This document shows positions 1 to 12,779 of a DNA stretch of 64,000 bases, piece after piece. The notes beneath the pieces are model-generated. The model saw only the letters and a list, made by a program, of their open reading frames with translations, made no database searches and was not told where the DNA came from. Source of the stretch: Actinomycetes bacterium (GTDB lineage: Bacteria > Actinomycetota > UBA4738 > HRBIN12); assembly GCA_021155985.1 (NCBI GenBank), contig JAJNBA010000005.1:61855-125854 (forward strand), given 5' to 3'. A program made the translations under genes and the position numbers. Position 1 is the first letter of the stretch, and every line of letters starts with the position of its first letter.

Positions 1-44
1 GCTGGCGCGCAGATCTGACGCGCCGGCGATGTGACCGCAACGAG

Positions 45-1286
45 ATGAGGACCGATCCGGGGATCGAGGATCTCCTGCGCACACTTGCGCCGCAGGTCCT
101 CGGGACATTGGTGCGCCGGCATGGCCAGTTCGACGCGTGCGAGGACGCCGTCCAGGAGGCGTTGCTCGCCGCGGGGTTGGAGTGGCCAGGAGGCGGTGTC
201 CCTCGCGATCCTCGGGCGTGGCTCGTCACGGTCGCCTCTCGGCGTCTCGTCGATGGATGGCGGAGCGAGAGCGCGCGACGGCGCCGGGAGGAGATCACCG
301 TCGCGATGGAGGTCCCTGCTCCCGATGAGCGGACCGACCGTGACGACACGCTCACCCTCCTCTTCCTCTGCTGCCACCCCGCGCTGTCGGTGCCGTCGCA
401 GCTCGCGCTCACGCTGCGAGCCGTGGGTGGACTCACGACCGAGGAGATCGCCAAGGCGTTCCTCGTGCCCGAGGCCACGATGGCGCAGCGGATCAGCCGC
501 GCGAAGCAACGGATCAGGGATGCGGGAGCGCGGTTCGACCTTCCGCCCGAGCAGGATCGGGCCGAGCGACTGCGGGTCGTCCTGCAGGTCCTCTACCTCG
601 TCTTCAACGAGGGGTACGCGGCGACCGCGGGGCGCGGCGTCACCCGGGCGGACCTCACGGCGGAGGCGATCCGCCTCACACGGCTGCTCCATCGGCTGAT
701 GCCGGCCGATGGTGAGGTCGCAGGCCTCCTGGCCCTGATGCTGCTGACCGATGCCCGCCGCGCCGCTCGCGCCGACGAGGATGGCTCCCTCGTGCCGCTC
801 GCCGAGCAGCGCCGCGAGCTCTGGAACGCGGCCCTGATCGCGGAGGGCGTTTCGCTCGTGACGGGAACGCTGGGGTCGGCTCCCGTGGGCCCGTATCAGC
901 TCCAGGCGGCGATCGCGGCGATCCACGACGAAGCCCCGACGGCGGAGGCGACCGACTGGCCCCAGATCCTGGCGCTCTACGAGGTCTTGGAGCGCGTGTC
1001 GCCCGGGCCGGTCGTCACGTTGAACCGCGCCGTGGCGGTCGCCATGGTCCACGGTCCTCGAGCGGGCCTGGCCCTCCTCGGGACCATCGAGGCCGACGAT
1101 CGTATGACCCATACGCATCGGCTCGACGCCGTAAGGGGCCATCTCCTCGAGCTGGCGGGAGACGCCGATGCCGCCCGCGAGGCGTACCAGCGCGCAGCTC
1201 GGCGCACCGCGAGCCTCCCTGAGGCCCGCTACCTCGCCCTGCAGGCCGCCCGGCTCGAGTCCGCGCCGACGGACGCGAGCGAGTAG
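45..1286 (+). CDS. ECF-type sigma-70 family RNA polymerase sigma factor with extended C-terminal domain
   Basis: 413-aa ORF. N-terminal half reads as sigma regions 2 and 4 (LLFLCCHPALS, LTTEEIAKAFLVPEATMAQRISRAK). C-terminal YQLQAAIAAIHDEA...LNRAVAVAMVHGP block matches the extended ECF sigma factors I recall. Confidence 0.75.
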   Translation: MRTDPGIEDLLRTLAPQVLGTLVRRHGQFDACEDAVQEALLAAGLEWPGGGVPRDPRAWLVTVASRRLVDGWRSESARRRREEITVAMEVPAPDERTDRDDTLTLLFLCCHPALSVPSQLALTLRAVGGLTTEEIAKAFLVPEATMAQRISRAKQRIRDAGARFDLPPEQDRAERLRVVLQVLYLVFNEGYAATAGRGVTRADLTAEAIRLTRLLHRLMPADGEVAGLLALMLLTDARRAARADEDGSLVPLAEQRRELWNAALIAEGVSLVTGTLGSAPVGPYQLQAAIAAIHDEAPTAEATDWPQILALYEVLERVSPGPVVTLNRAVAVAMVHGPRAGLALLGTIEADDRMTHTHRLDAVRGHLLELAGDADAAREAYQRAARRTASLPEARYLALQAARLESAPTDASE

Positions 1287-1315
1287 GGACCACTCGACCG
1301 GGGTAGGGAGCCGGC

Positions 1316-1945
1316 ATGACCTCCGCGGCGGACTTCGTTCCCGATCGCACAACGCTCCCTGCGCTCCGGGAGGCGGCGGCGGAGTGCCGAGGGTGCGATC
1401 TGTACCGGGGCGCCACGCAGACCGTGTTCGGCGAGGGACCCCGCGGCGCGCGGATCGTGATGGTCGGCGAGCAGCCGGGCGACAAGGAGGACCTCGTCGG
1501 ACGACCCTTCGTGGGCCCGGCGGGCGGCCTCCGCGCTCGCGCGATCGAGGAGGCAGGTCTGTCCCGTGGCGACATCTACCTCACCAACGTCGTGAAGCAC
1601 TTCAAGCACGTCGTGCGGGGCAAGCGCAGGATCCACCGCAAGCCGGACATGGAGGAGATCCGGGCGTGCACGCCGTGGCTCGACGCGGAGCTCGAGCGGA
1701 TCGGTCCCGAGGTTCTCGTGCTCCTCGGGGCGACAGCGGCCCAAGCGATCCTCGGGCGGAGCTTCCGGGTGACCCGGCAACGAGGAACGTTCGTCGAGTC
1801 GCCACTCGCGCCGCTGGTGACCGCGACGGTGCATCCGTCCTCGATCCTCCGCTCGCGGGGCGACGCCGAACGGCGAGCTGCCTTCGAGGGCTTCGTCCGC
1901 GATCTCCGCACGGTCGCCCGCGCGTTGAAGGCCCGCGCGAGCTGA
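1316..1945 (+). CDS. Uracil-DNA glycosylase, family 4 (Fe-S type)
   Basis: 209 aa. Family-4 UDG motifs present: CRGCDLY cysteine pair, GEGPRGARIVMVGEQPG, PFVGPAGGLL-like segment, HPSSILR. Confidence 0.85.
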   Translation: MTSAADFVPDRTTLPALREAAAECRGCDLYRGATQTVFGEGPRGARIVMVGEQPGDKEDLVGRPFVGPAGGLRARAIEEAGLSRGDIYLTNVVKHFKHVVRGKRRIHRKPDMEEIRACTPWLDAELERIGPEVLVLLGATAAQAILGRSFRVTRQRGTFVESPLAPLVTATVHPSSILRSRGDAERRAAFEGFVRDLRTVARALKARAS

Positions 1946-2005
1946 GCCCGTATCATCGTCGCCGGCGCGCAGCGCCGTCCCGTTCGAAACGCCGGAGGAT
2001 CGAAC

Positions 2006-3232
2006 ATGAAGACGGAACCGAAGCTCGGATCGGCGGAGCTGATCGAGCTCGTCGATCGCCACAGCGCGCACAACTACCATCCCCTCCCCGTGGTCGTCGC
2101 GGAAGCCGAGGGAGCCTGGGTCACCGACGTCGAGGGCACGCGCTACCTCGACATGCTGGCCGCCTACTCCGCGCTGAATTTCGGCCACCGCCATCCCGAC
2201 CTGATCCGCGCGGCGAAGGAGCAGCTCGACCGGGTCACGCTCACCTCCCGAGCGTTCCACCACGACCTGTTCGGCCCGTTCTGCGAGCAGCTCGCCGATC
2301 TCTGCGGCACCGACATGGTGCTGGCGATGAACTCCGGTGCCGAGGGCGTCGAGACGGCGATCAAGACGGCCCGCCGATGGGGCTACGACGTGAAGGGCGT
2401 CCCCGAGGGCCGCGCCAAGATCGTGGTGTGCGACGGCAACTTCCACGGGCGCACGATCACGATCGTCGGGTTCTCCACCGATCCGTCGGCGACGGGAGGG
2501 TTCGGCCCGTTCACACCGGGGTTCGTGTCGGTCCCCTTCGGCGACGCCGGGGCGCTCGCGGCAGCCCTCGACGATCCCGACGTGGTGGCGTTCCTCGTGG
2601 AGCCGATCCAGGGAGAGGCCGGCGTCGTGATCCCGCCCGCCGGCTACCTCGCCGAGGTGCGAAGGCTCTGCACCGAGCGGAACGTGCTGATGATCGCCGA
2701 CGAGATCCAGACCGGCCTCGGCCGCACTGGCACGACGTTCGCCTGCGATCACGAGGACGTGGAGCCCGATGTCTATCTCCTCGGCAAGGCCCTGGGCGGC
2801 GGGATCCTCCCGGTCTCGGCGGTGGTCTCGCGTGCCGACGTCCTCGGCGTCTTCCGGCCGGGCGAGCACGGGAGCACGTTCGGGGGGAATCCGATCGCCT
2901 GCGCGGTGGGGCTCGAGGTGCTCCGCCTGCTGCGGACCGGCGAGTACCAGCAGCGCTCGAAGGACCTCGGGGCCTGGTTCCTCGAGCGGCTGCGCGAGGA
3001 GGCGCCCACGTCCGTCACGGAGGTGCGCGGGCGCGGCCTGTGGTTCGGGATCGAGCTCACGCCGGCGGCCGCGCCCGCGCGGGCCGTCTGCGAACGGCTC
3101 CTCGAGCTCGGGATCCTCGCGAAGGACACACACGAGACCACGGTTCGGCTCGCACCTCCGCTCATGGTCTCCCACGGTGATCTGGAATGGGCGTTGGAGC
3201 GGATCGTGAACGCCCTGTCCGAGCGGGCCTGA
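2006..3232 (+). CDS. rocD: Ornithine aminotransferase (ornithine--oxo-acid transaminase)
   Basis: 408 aa with strong class-III aminotransferase / OAT similarity (HNYHPLPVV, LDMLAAYSALNFGHRHP, LGKALGGG PLP-lysine region). GGAGGA Shine-Dalgarno upstream of the ATG. Confidence 0.85.
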   Translation: MKTEPKLGSAELIELVDRHSAHNYHPLPVVVAEAEGAWVTDVEGTRYLDMLAAYSALNFGHRHPDLIRAAKEQLDRVTLTSRAFHHDLFGPFCEQLADLCGTDMVLAMNSGAEGVETAIKTARRWGYDVKGVPEGRAKIVVCDGNFHGRTITIVGFSTDPSATGGFGPFTPGFVSVPFGDAGALAAALDDPDVVAFLVEPIQGEAGVVIPPAGYLAEVRRLCTERNVLMIADEIQTGLGRTGTTFACDHEDVEPDVYLLGKALGGGILPVSAVVSRADVLGVFRPGEHGSTFGGNPIACAVGLEVLRLLRTGEYQQRSKDLGAWFLERLREEAPTSVTEVRGRGLWFGIELTPAAAPARAVCERLLELGILAKDTHETTVRLAPPLMVSHGDLEWALERIVNALSERA

Positions 3233-3286
3233 GGGGGGTTCGGGGGCTCAAGAAGCGATCGCCGAGCGAGCGCAGCCCCGAGAGGA

Positions 3287-3622
3287 TCAGTCCCAGAGCC
3301 GCTCCACGTGCCAGCGATCGCGCTGGCGATCGTGGTACAGGTCCCACACGGCCCCACCGCGAGCTTCCACTCGCCAGTACTCACGATCCCGGCCGTCCTC
3401 CCACCAGCGGCCTTCGATCCGCCACCGTCCGATCACGTCGACGACCCGGTAGCGGCGGCCGCGCCATTCGAACCCCGAGGGCATCCCCGCATCCCGCTCG
3501 ACCCGCACCTCCTCGTCGAATCGCTTCGTCATGCGCGTCCCAACTCTTGGCGGCTCGTCCCGGAGTCGAACAGGTGTTCGGACGGGAGAGGGACGATACG
3601 CCTCCCCGGCGACATCCGTCAA
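3287..3622 (-). CDS. Hypothetical Trp/Arg-rich small protein (possible shorter start at MTKRFDE, ~3532)
   Basis: 111-aa ORF immediately downstream, on the same strand, of the SGNH hydrolase gene. Repeated W-x-x-R motifs (RWRIEGRWWEDGRDREYWRVEARGGAVWDLY). No recognised family. N-terminal 30 aa are low-complexity. Confidence 0.4.
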   Translation of the reverse strand: MTDVAGEAYRPSPVRTPVRLRDEPPRVGTRMTKRFDEEVRVERDAGMPSGFEWRGRRYRVVDVIGRWRIEGRWWEDGRDREYWRVEARGGAVWDLYHDRQRDRWHVERLWD

Positions 3623-3638
3623 GACATCGGAGGCGCGG

Positions 3639-4538
3639 TCAGGTCACTCCCACGAGGGCGGCTCGCATGTCCCGCACGATCGCTCTCGCCGCTCGGAGCT
3701 CACCCCTGTCCTCGTAGTGGGTTCCGTCCGGGCGAGCGAGCGATCCGCCCCACATCCGGTCGTCGCAGGGAGAGATGTTCGAGCGACAGATCGTGTCCGT
3801 GATCGTGATGAACACGGCTTCGTCCGGGTGGGCGACCGCGTACCGACGCAGCATCCGATTGTGCGGTTGCGTCACGTCCTTGTACCGATTCATCCGGAAG
3901 CGCCGCCACGCGCAGTTCATGGTGTCCTCACCCGCGCATCGTTCCGCGAACCCGACCCCGATCGGTTCGGTAGCCACGAACACGATCGTTCCGCCCCCCG
4001 CGCGCAGCCGAGCCAACGTGTCCTCGAAGGCGATGGCCCGGTGTCTCCAGAACCGATCGGACCCAGACCGCGCGAGCTCTCCCTCGGCCGTGAGGAACGG
4101 CATCGTCGACAGCCGGTCCCACCAGATCACGACGTCGGGATCGTGTTGCTGCACCAGGGACGCCTGGGTCGGAGGGACGAGTCCGGGGCACCGCTCAGGG
4201 TCCCCTTTGGGCTTGCCGCTCTTCGGCCAGGCGAGAGGGTCGCCGTAGACCGAGCAGATGGGCACCGCGGCGGAGACGAGGTCCCAGCCGAGCGTGTCGT
4301 CGAGCACGAGCCCCAGGGTGTCCACGAGATGGAGCGGCACCGAGTCGCCGGCGATGAGGGCGGTCAGTCCCTCCGCGAGCGTCGTCGCCGTGGGCTCGAT
4401 CCGCGCCGGGGCCGAGAGCACCTCGGCTTCGGGCGTCTCGAACGTATCGGTCACGAAGGTCACCACGAGGATCCCCACGGCGACCAGGAGGATCCCCACG
4501 CCGATGCGCGCCCGCTGCCTCCCGCCCGCGGTGCTCAT
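3639..4538 (-). CDS. Membrane-anchored SGNH/GDSL-family hydrolase
   Basis: Real start is the internal ATG at 4538 (MSTAGG...); the upstream part of track ORF 3639..5447 is antisense noise. One N-terminal TM segment (IGVGILLVAVGILVVTFV) followed by an SGNH domain (MLAGDSVP...DVVIWWDR...DGTHY). This domain is paralogous to the C-terminal domain of the acyltransferase at 5268..7301. Confidence 0.7.
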   Translation of the reverse strand: MSTAGGRQRARIGVGILLVAVGILVVTFVTDTFETPEAEVLSAPARIEPTATTLAEGLTALIAGDSVPLHLVDTLGLVLDDTLGWDLVSAAVPICSVYGDPLAWPKSGKPKGDPERCPGLVPPTQASLVQQHDPDVVIWWDRLSTMPFLTAEGELARSGSDRFWRHRAIAFEDTLARLRAGGGTIVFVATEPIGVGFAERCAGEDTMNCAWRRFRMNRYKDVTQPHNRMLRRYAVAHPDEAVFITITDTICRSNISPCDDRMWGGSLARPDGTHYEDRGELRAARAIVRDMRAALVGVT

Positions 4539-4607
4539 CACGCCCTCGCCCATGCCACACGGGATGCTACGAGAGACGATCGGGGTCGAGCCGATCGGAG
4601 ATACGGT

Positions 4608-5243
4608 GTGCTCTTGGTCTTCGAGCCCGGCGAGGGGATCGTGCTCCGGGAGGTGTGGCGTGGCCGCGTCTTCGAGGCGCGGCCGACGACCGTCGTCCGG
4701 GACGACCCCGATCAGTTGATCCTCCTGCTGCCAGGCGGTGCCCGGTGCGGGGTCCCGATCGGGGGGGACGGACGTGAGCTCAGACTTCCCGACCGCCCGT
4801 GGCGTCTCGAGATCCGGCCGCGAGGCGATCGGTCGATCCTGTCCTTCGCCTGGCCGGCAACGCCCTACTCCGTCCTGTTGTGGACCGCCCGCGACCATCG
4901 GCGGGTCTGGTACGTCAACCTGCAGGATCCGCTCACCCGTACCGCGATCGGGTTCGACACGGTGGATCACGCGTTGGACGTCGTGATCGAGCTCGATCGT
5001 TCCTCCTGGCGATGGAAGGACGAGGAGGAGCTCGCCGAGGCCGTCAGCGGCGGGCTCTTCACCGCCCAGGAGGCGGCGGACTTCCGAGCATGGGGTCTCA
5101 GGGCCGTCGATCGGATCATCTCGGAGAGCCCCCCCTTCGACCTCGACTGGGAGGGCTGGCACCCCGACCCGGACTGGCCACTCCCGGAGCTCCGGGAGGG
5201 GTGGGACGTCGATCCGGGGGTGAGCGACCGGGCAACGCCCTAG
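4608..5243 (+). CDS. DUF402 (FomD/YgaC-like) family protein
   Basis: Only the C-terminal ~210 aa of track ORF 3531..5243 look coding (GTG 4608, VLLVFEPGEG). DUF402-like core: WYVNLQDP...DLDVVIELDRSSWRWKDEEELAEAV. Divergently arranged with the SGNH gene. Confidence 0.6.
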   Translation: MLLVFEPGEGIVLREVWRGRVFEARPTTVVRDDPDQLILLLPGGARCGVPIGGDGRELRLPDRPWRLEIRPRGDRSILSFAWPATPYSVLLWTARDHRRVWYVNLQDPLTRTAIGFDTVDHALDVVIELDRSSWRWKDEEELAEAVSGGLFTAQEAADFRAWGLRAVDRIISESPPFDLDWEGWHPDPDWPLPELREGWDVDPGVSDRATP

Positions 5244-5267
5244 GCTGTACCGTGCCTCGGTCCGACC

Positions 5268-7301
5268 GTGCGGGGTGAGGTGCCACCTCGAGCGACCGAA
5301 GGCTCGATGAAGGTTGGCGCGATGAGTGGAGCACACGAGGAACGCGGATCGGCGGCGGCGGGATCGGGCGAGCCGGCGGCGGGAGGGCACGTTCGCGCGC
5401 TCGACGGGGTCCGGGCCGTCGCCGTCCTGCTGGTCCTGCTGTTCCACCTACGGTTCCCGGGCTTCTCCTCCGGGTTCCTCGGCGTGGACATCTTCTTCGT
5501 GCTCTCCGGGTTCCTGATCACGACGCTGCTGCTCACCGAGCACGATCGGACCGGACGTATCTCCCTGTCCGAATTCTGGGCGAGGCGGGCGAGGCGGCTG
5601 TTGCCCGCCCTCGTGATCCTCCTGCTCGTGGTGGCCGCCGTCACCTGGGCGCAGGGAACGTTCACCGAGCGGGCGTCCGTCCGCGGGGATCTCCTCGCGA
5701 CGACGGGCTACGTTGCCAACTGGCATCTCATCAACACGTCGAGCTACTTCGCCGACATCGGCATCGATTCCCCGCTCGAGCACACGTGGTCGCTCGCCAT
5801 CGAGGAGCAGTTCTACGTGCTGTGGCCGCTCGTCGTGGTCGGCATCGCCGCTCTTCTGAAGCGGCGACCACAGGTCGGCGTGGCAGGGGTCGCCGTGGCG
5901 GGATCCGTGCTTTCGGCGATGCTCCTGTGGCTGCTGTGGTCGGATGGGAACGTCGATCGCGCGTACATGGGGACGGATGCGCGGATCTTCGAGCCGCTGG
6001 TGGGGGCCGTCGGAGCAGCCTGCGTCGCCGTGCCGAGGGGTCGCCGTTGGATCGACCGCCGAGGAGGCCTCCTGTTCGCTCTCGGCGCGGTGGGGCTGGT
6101 GTCGGGCGTCGTCCTCGTCGCCCTCAGTCCCTCGAGCTACCCCGTCGGCGGGGCGATGCTCGTCACGCTGGCCACGTTGCTGGTCGTGATGTCGCTGTGG
6201 CTCGGCCACGGTGGCATCGTGATGCGGTCGCTCGGATGGGCGCCGATCGCATGGATCGGCGTCGTCTCCTACGGCGCCTATCTGTGGCATTGGCCGCTCG
6301 TCGTGTGGCTCGGGGCGAACGAGGGGACGGATGCAACGATCACCAGACGGCTGGGAGTCATCGTCGCGACCTTCGCGATCGCGGCGATCTCCTACCGGTT
6401 GATCGAGTCCCCCATCCGCCGGGGACGGGTACGCGCCGCAACGACCGAAGGCCCTCGCTCCCGCTCGGCGCGCCGGCTCCGCCGCACGCTCGTGGCGATC
6501 CCGGTCGCGCTGCTCGCGGTCGCCTCCATCTCGGTGGCGGCGACCCAGGTCCCGGTCGAGACGGGCTCGACACCGTCGCTGATGCTGGCCGGCGATTCCG
6601 TCCCACGCCATCTCACCGTCGCCCTGGATCGAGCGATGACCGATCGAGGATGGCGCCTGTTCTCGGCCACGTTCGGGTCCTGCCCCGTGACGGGCGAAGA
6701 ACCGGCGCGGGCCGATGGCACCCCGGTACGGTCGAGCACCCACTGCTCGACCCACGTGGTCCAGGAGCAGGACCGGATCGTGCAGACATCGGACCCCGAG
6801 ATCGTGATCTGGTGGGACCGATGGTCGCTCTCCGACTTCTTGACGCCCGCGGGAGAGGTCGTTCGATCGGGAACATCGCGCTACTGGGAGCTCCGGCGGG
6901 AGGGTGTGCGTCACGCCGTGGAACGGCTCAGCTCGGGCGGGGCGACGGTGGTCTTCGTCGCGACGGAGCCTCCCGGCGCCACGATCGGAGTGGAGCGATG
7001 TACCGAAGCCGACTGCCATCGGTTCGTTCGTCTCCAGATCGACCGCTATCACGACCTGACCGCGCGCTGGAACGCGATGCTGCAGCGGTTCGCCGAGCGA
7101 CATCCCGACCGCGCGTATTTCCTGAGCGTCACCGACGCGATCTGCCACACGGACGCGGCGCCGTGTGACGATCGCATCGACGGGGTCCCTGCTCGCCCCG
7201 ACGGCACCCACTACGAAGGGGTCGGCGAGTCCCTCGTGATCGCGACCCTCCTCCGCTTGATGGCTCCGGTCATGGATCCCCCGGCCGCACCCGCGTCGTA
7301 G
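5268..7301 (+). CDS. Acyltransferase family 3 (OatA-like O-acyltransferase) with C-terminal SGNH hydrolase domain
   Basis: 677 aa. N-terminal polytopic AT3 domain (LDGVRAVAVLLVLLFH, multiple TM segments). C-terminal SGNH domain (MLAGDSVPRHL...IVIWWDRWS...DGTHY). True start may be an internal ATG at 5307 or 5322. Confidence 0.85.
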   Translation: MRGEVPPRATEGSMKVGAMSGAHEERGSAAAGSGEPAAGGHVRALDGVRAVAVLLVLLFHLRFPGFSSGFLGVDIFFVLSGFLITTLLLTEHDRTGRISLSEFWARRARRLLPALVILLLVVAAVTWAQGTFTERASVRGDLLATTGYVANWHLINTSSYFADIGIDSPLEHTWSLAIEEQFYVLWPLVVVGIAALLKRRPQVGVAGVAVAGSVLSAMLLWLLWSDGNVDRAYMGTDARIFEPLVGAVGAACVAVPRGRRWIDRRGGLLFALGAVGLVSGVVLVALSPSSYPVGGAMLVTLATLLVVMSLWLGHGGIVMRSLGWAPIAWIGVVSYGAYLWHWPLVVWLGANEGTDATITRRLGVIVATFAIAAISYRLIESPIRRGRVRAATTEGPRSRSARRLRRTLVAIPVALLAVASISVAATQVPVETGSTPSLMLAGDSVPRHLTVALDRAMTDRGWRLFSATFGSCPVTGEEPARADGTPVRSSTHCSTHVVQEQDRIVQTSDPEIVIWWDRWSLSDFLTPAGEVVRSGTSRYWELRREGVRHAVERLSSGGATVVFVATEPPGATIGVERCTEADCHRFVRLQIDRYHDLTARWNAMLQRFAERHPDRAYFLSVTDAICHTDAAPCDDRIDGVPARPDGTHYEGVGESLVIATLLRLMAPVMDPPAAPAS

Positions 7302-7356
7302 CCGACCCCAGGCCGACCCTGGTGCGGTCGGCGAGCCGGTTGCCGGGAGCGACCGG

Positions 7357-8607
7357 GTGCGGGAGCCTGTGTCCGTGATCGACGTCGAGGCCGTCCGCGC
7401 CCGCTTCCCGGCCCTCGCCCGCGTCGGTGACGACGGCCGGCCGCGGGTCCTCGTGGATGCCCCCGGTGGCTCCCAGGTGCCGCAGGACGTGATCGAGGCG
7501 GTGTCTCGCCACTACCGCCGTGGGATGAGCAACACGCACGGCGCGTTCGCGACGAGCGAGGAAACGGACGCCGTGATCGGAGAGGCTCGCCGAGCCGCCG
7601 CGGACTTCACGGGAGCCGATCCCGACGAGATCGTCTTCGGTCCGAACGCGACGAGCCTGCTGCTCCATGTGTCCCGATCGTTCGCGAAGACGCTGGAACC
7701 GGGCGACGAGGTGGTCGTCACCCGGTTGGACCACGATGCGAACGTCCGACCGTGGGTGCTCGCGGCTGCGGACGCCGGCGCCACCGTGCGATGGGTGGAC
7801 GTCCACGCGGACGACGTCACGATCGACGTCGCGTCCTTCGACGCGGCCCTGTCGCCGCGGACGAAGTTCGTCGCGTTCACGCTCGCGTCCAACGCCGTCG
7901 GCACGATCCCTGCCGCCCACGATCTGGTCGCCCGGGCGAAAGCGGTGGGCGCCGTCGTCGCGCTCGATGGGGTCCATCTGGCGCAGCACCGTCTCCCGGA
8001 CCTCCACGGGCTCGGCGCCGACCTGCTCGTGTGCTCTCCGTACAAGTTCTTCGGGCCGCACCTCGGTGTCCTCGCGGCGGAGCGGAGCATCCTCGCGTCC
8101 TGGTCGCCGTACAAGCTGATCCCGTCGTCGGACGACGTCCCCGAGCGATGGGAGACCGGGACCCAGAACCACGAGGGCCTCGCCGGCCTCACGGCGGCCG
8201 TGGAGTATCTCGCGGGGCTCGCCACCGTCTCCGACACCGGTCGGCGGGACCGACTCGCTGCCGCCTACGAGGCGATCACCACACACGAGCGGATGCTGGC
8301 GGATCGGTTCCTCGCCGGTCTCGCGAGCCTCCCCTCCGTTCGCCTCTGGGGCATCGCCGACCGCGATCGCAGCGGTGAGCGGACCCCGACGTTCGCGATC
8401 CGCGTGGGCGACGACCATCCGGCCGAGACGGCGAAGGCGCTCGCGGCGCGCGGCATCTTCGTCTGGGACGGCGACTACTACGCCCGCGAGATCATGGTCC
8501 GCCTCGGACTGTTCGACACGGGCGGTGCCGTCCGCATCGGCTTCTGTCACTACCACTCGCCTGACGAGGTGGATCGGGTGCTGGACGCGCTCCGCGAGCT
8601 CGGCTAG
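7357..8607 (+). CDS. Class V aminotransferase-fold PLP enzyme, cysteine desulfurase-like (SufS/CsdA-related)
   Basis: 416 aa. RFPAL...YLD.AGGSQ.P N-terminus, CSPYKFFGPHLGVL PLP-lysine motif, overall cysteine-desulfurase-like fold. Ten nt upstream of the next gene. Confidence 0.8.
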   Translation: MREPVSVIDVEAVRARFPALARVGDDGRPRVLVDAPGGSQVPQDVIEAVSRHYRRGMSNTHGAFATSEETDAVIGEARRAAADFTGADPDEIVFGPNATSLLLHVSRSFAKTLEPGDEVVVTRLDHDANVRPWVLAAADAGATVRWVDVHADDVTIDVASFDAALSPRTKFVAFTLASNAVGTIPAAHDLVARAKAVGAVVALDGVHLAQHRLPDLHGLGADLLVCSPYKFFGPHLGVLAAERSILASWSPYKLIPSSDDVPERWETGTQNHEGLAGLTAAVEYLAGLATVSDTGRRDRLAAAYEAITTHERMLADRFLAGLASLPSVRLWGIADRDRSGERTPTFAIRVGDDHPAETAKALAARGIFVWDGDYYAREIMVRLGLFDTGGAVRIGFCHYHSPDEVDRVLDALRELG

Positions 8608-8617
8608 CGACGTCGGC

Positions 8618-11732
<3,115 letters not shown>

Positions 11733-11735
11733 CCG

Positions 11736-12779
11736 ATGTCCGCGATCCGGATCCTGGCCGGGATGGGGGCCGCCGCGTTGGTCGTCCTCGCGGTGCGCGG
11801 CTACGACCGCAGGAACATCAGCCGGCTGAACCTGATCATCCTGTTCGGTCTGTGTGCGGCGGTCGCGGCGCTGGCGATCTATCCGCCGCTGTTCGATCCG
11901 ATCCTCCGCACGTTCGACTTCGAACGCGGTACCGACGGCGTGATCTTCGCCCTGCTCGTCGCCGTCTTCGTGCTGTTCTTCCTGTACCTCCGCGCCCAGA
12001 CCACGGCCGATACGAACGAGCGGAGCATCCGTCTGCTCGTCGAGGCGCTCGGTGAGGAACGGTTCGACTGGGATCGAGCGGAGGGCCTGCCGGACGGCCA
12101 GCGGCTCGTCACGATCTGCCCGGCGTTCAACGAGGCCGAGAACGTGGCGGCCGTGATCAAGCAGATCCCGGCGATGATCGAGGGCCATCACGTGGTCCCC
12201 GTCGTGGTGAGCGACGGCTCGACCGACGGGACGGCCGCCGTGGCGCGCGAGGCGGGCGCGTACGTCGCCGAGCTCCCGATCCGGCGGGGAGGCGGGCTGG
12301 CGCTCCGCGTGGGCTACGAGATCGCCTTGCAGCTCGGCGCCCAGATCGTGGTCACGCTGGATTCCGACGGACAGCATCTGCCCGAGGAGATCCCGATCGT
12401 GATCGCGCCGATCCTCGCAGGGGAGGCCGACTACGTGAACGGCTCACGGCTGCTCGGGTCGTTCGAGCGAGAGAGCGTCGTCCGGCACCTCGGCGTGCAC
12501 GTGTTCTCCCGCATCATCACGCTCCTCACCGGCCGCCGGATCACCGACCCCTCCTCCGGGTACCGGGCGGCGCGCGCCGACCTGCTCGAGCGCGTCGTGC
12601 TGAAGCAGGATCAGTTCTGGTCGACGGAGATCCTGATCGAGGCGCTGCGACATCGCGCTCGGGTCGTCGAGGTGCCGGTCACGTTCCTCGCCCGCGCCGG
12701 CGGAGAATCGAAGAAGCCGAAGTCCTTCCGCTACGGCTGGAACTTCCTGAAGGTCATCATCCAGACCTGGCTCCGGTAG
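11736..12779 (+). CDS. GT2 polyprenyl-phosphate glycosyltransferase (DPM1/GtrB/ArnC-like) with N-terminal TM segments
   Basis: 347 aa. ~3 N-terminal TM helices then a GT-A domain with CPAFNEAENV, VSDGSTDGT and DSDGQH (DxD) motifs typical of the dolichyl/undecaprenyl-phosphate sugar synthase family. Starts 3 nt after sqdB. Confidence 0.85.
   Translation: MSAIRILAGMGAAALVVLAVRGYDRRNISRLNLIILFGLCAAVAALAIYPPLFDPILRTFDFERGTDGVIFALLVAVFVLFFLYLRAQTTADTNERSIRLLVEALGEERFDWDRAEGLPDGQRLVTICPAFNEAENVAAVIKQIPAMIEGHHVVPVVVSDGSTDGTAAVAREAGAYVAELPIRRGGGLALRVGYEIALQLGAQIVVTLDSDGQHLPEEIPIVIAPILAGEADYVNGSRLLGSFERESVVRHLGVHVFSRIITLLTGRRITDPSSGYRAARADLLERVVLKQDQFWSTEILIEALRHRARVVEVPVTFLARAGGESKKPKSFRYGWNFLKVIIQTWLR

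Noticed and set aside
1168-3180. Very long ORFs on both strands overlapping the UDG and rocD genes (670 aa +, 648 aa -).
   Set aside because: Arg/Pro/Gly-rich translations typical of off-frame or antisense reading of 70%-GC coding DNA. The annotated frame has clear family similarity; these do not.
3233-3260. G-rich tract GAGGGGGGTTCGGGGGCTC after the rocD stop, considered as terminator or G-quadruplex.
   Set aside because: The arms are both G-rich and not complementary, so no hairpin forms. Too short and irregular for a confident G4 call.
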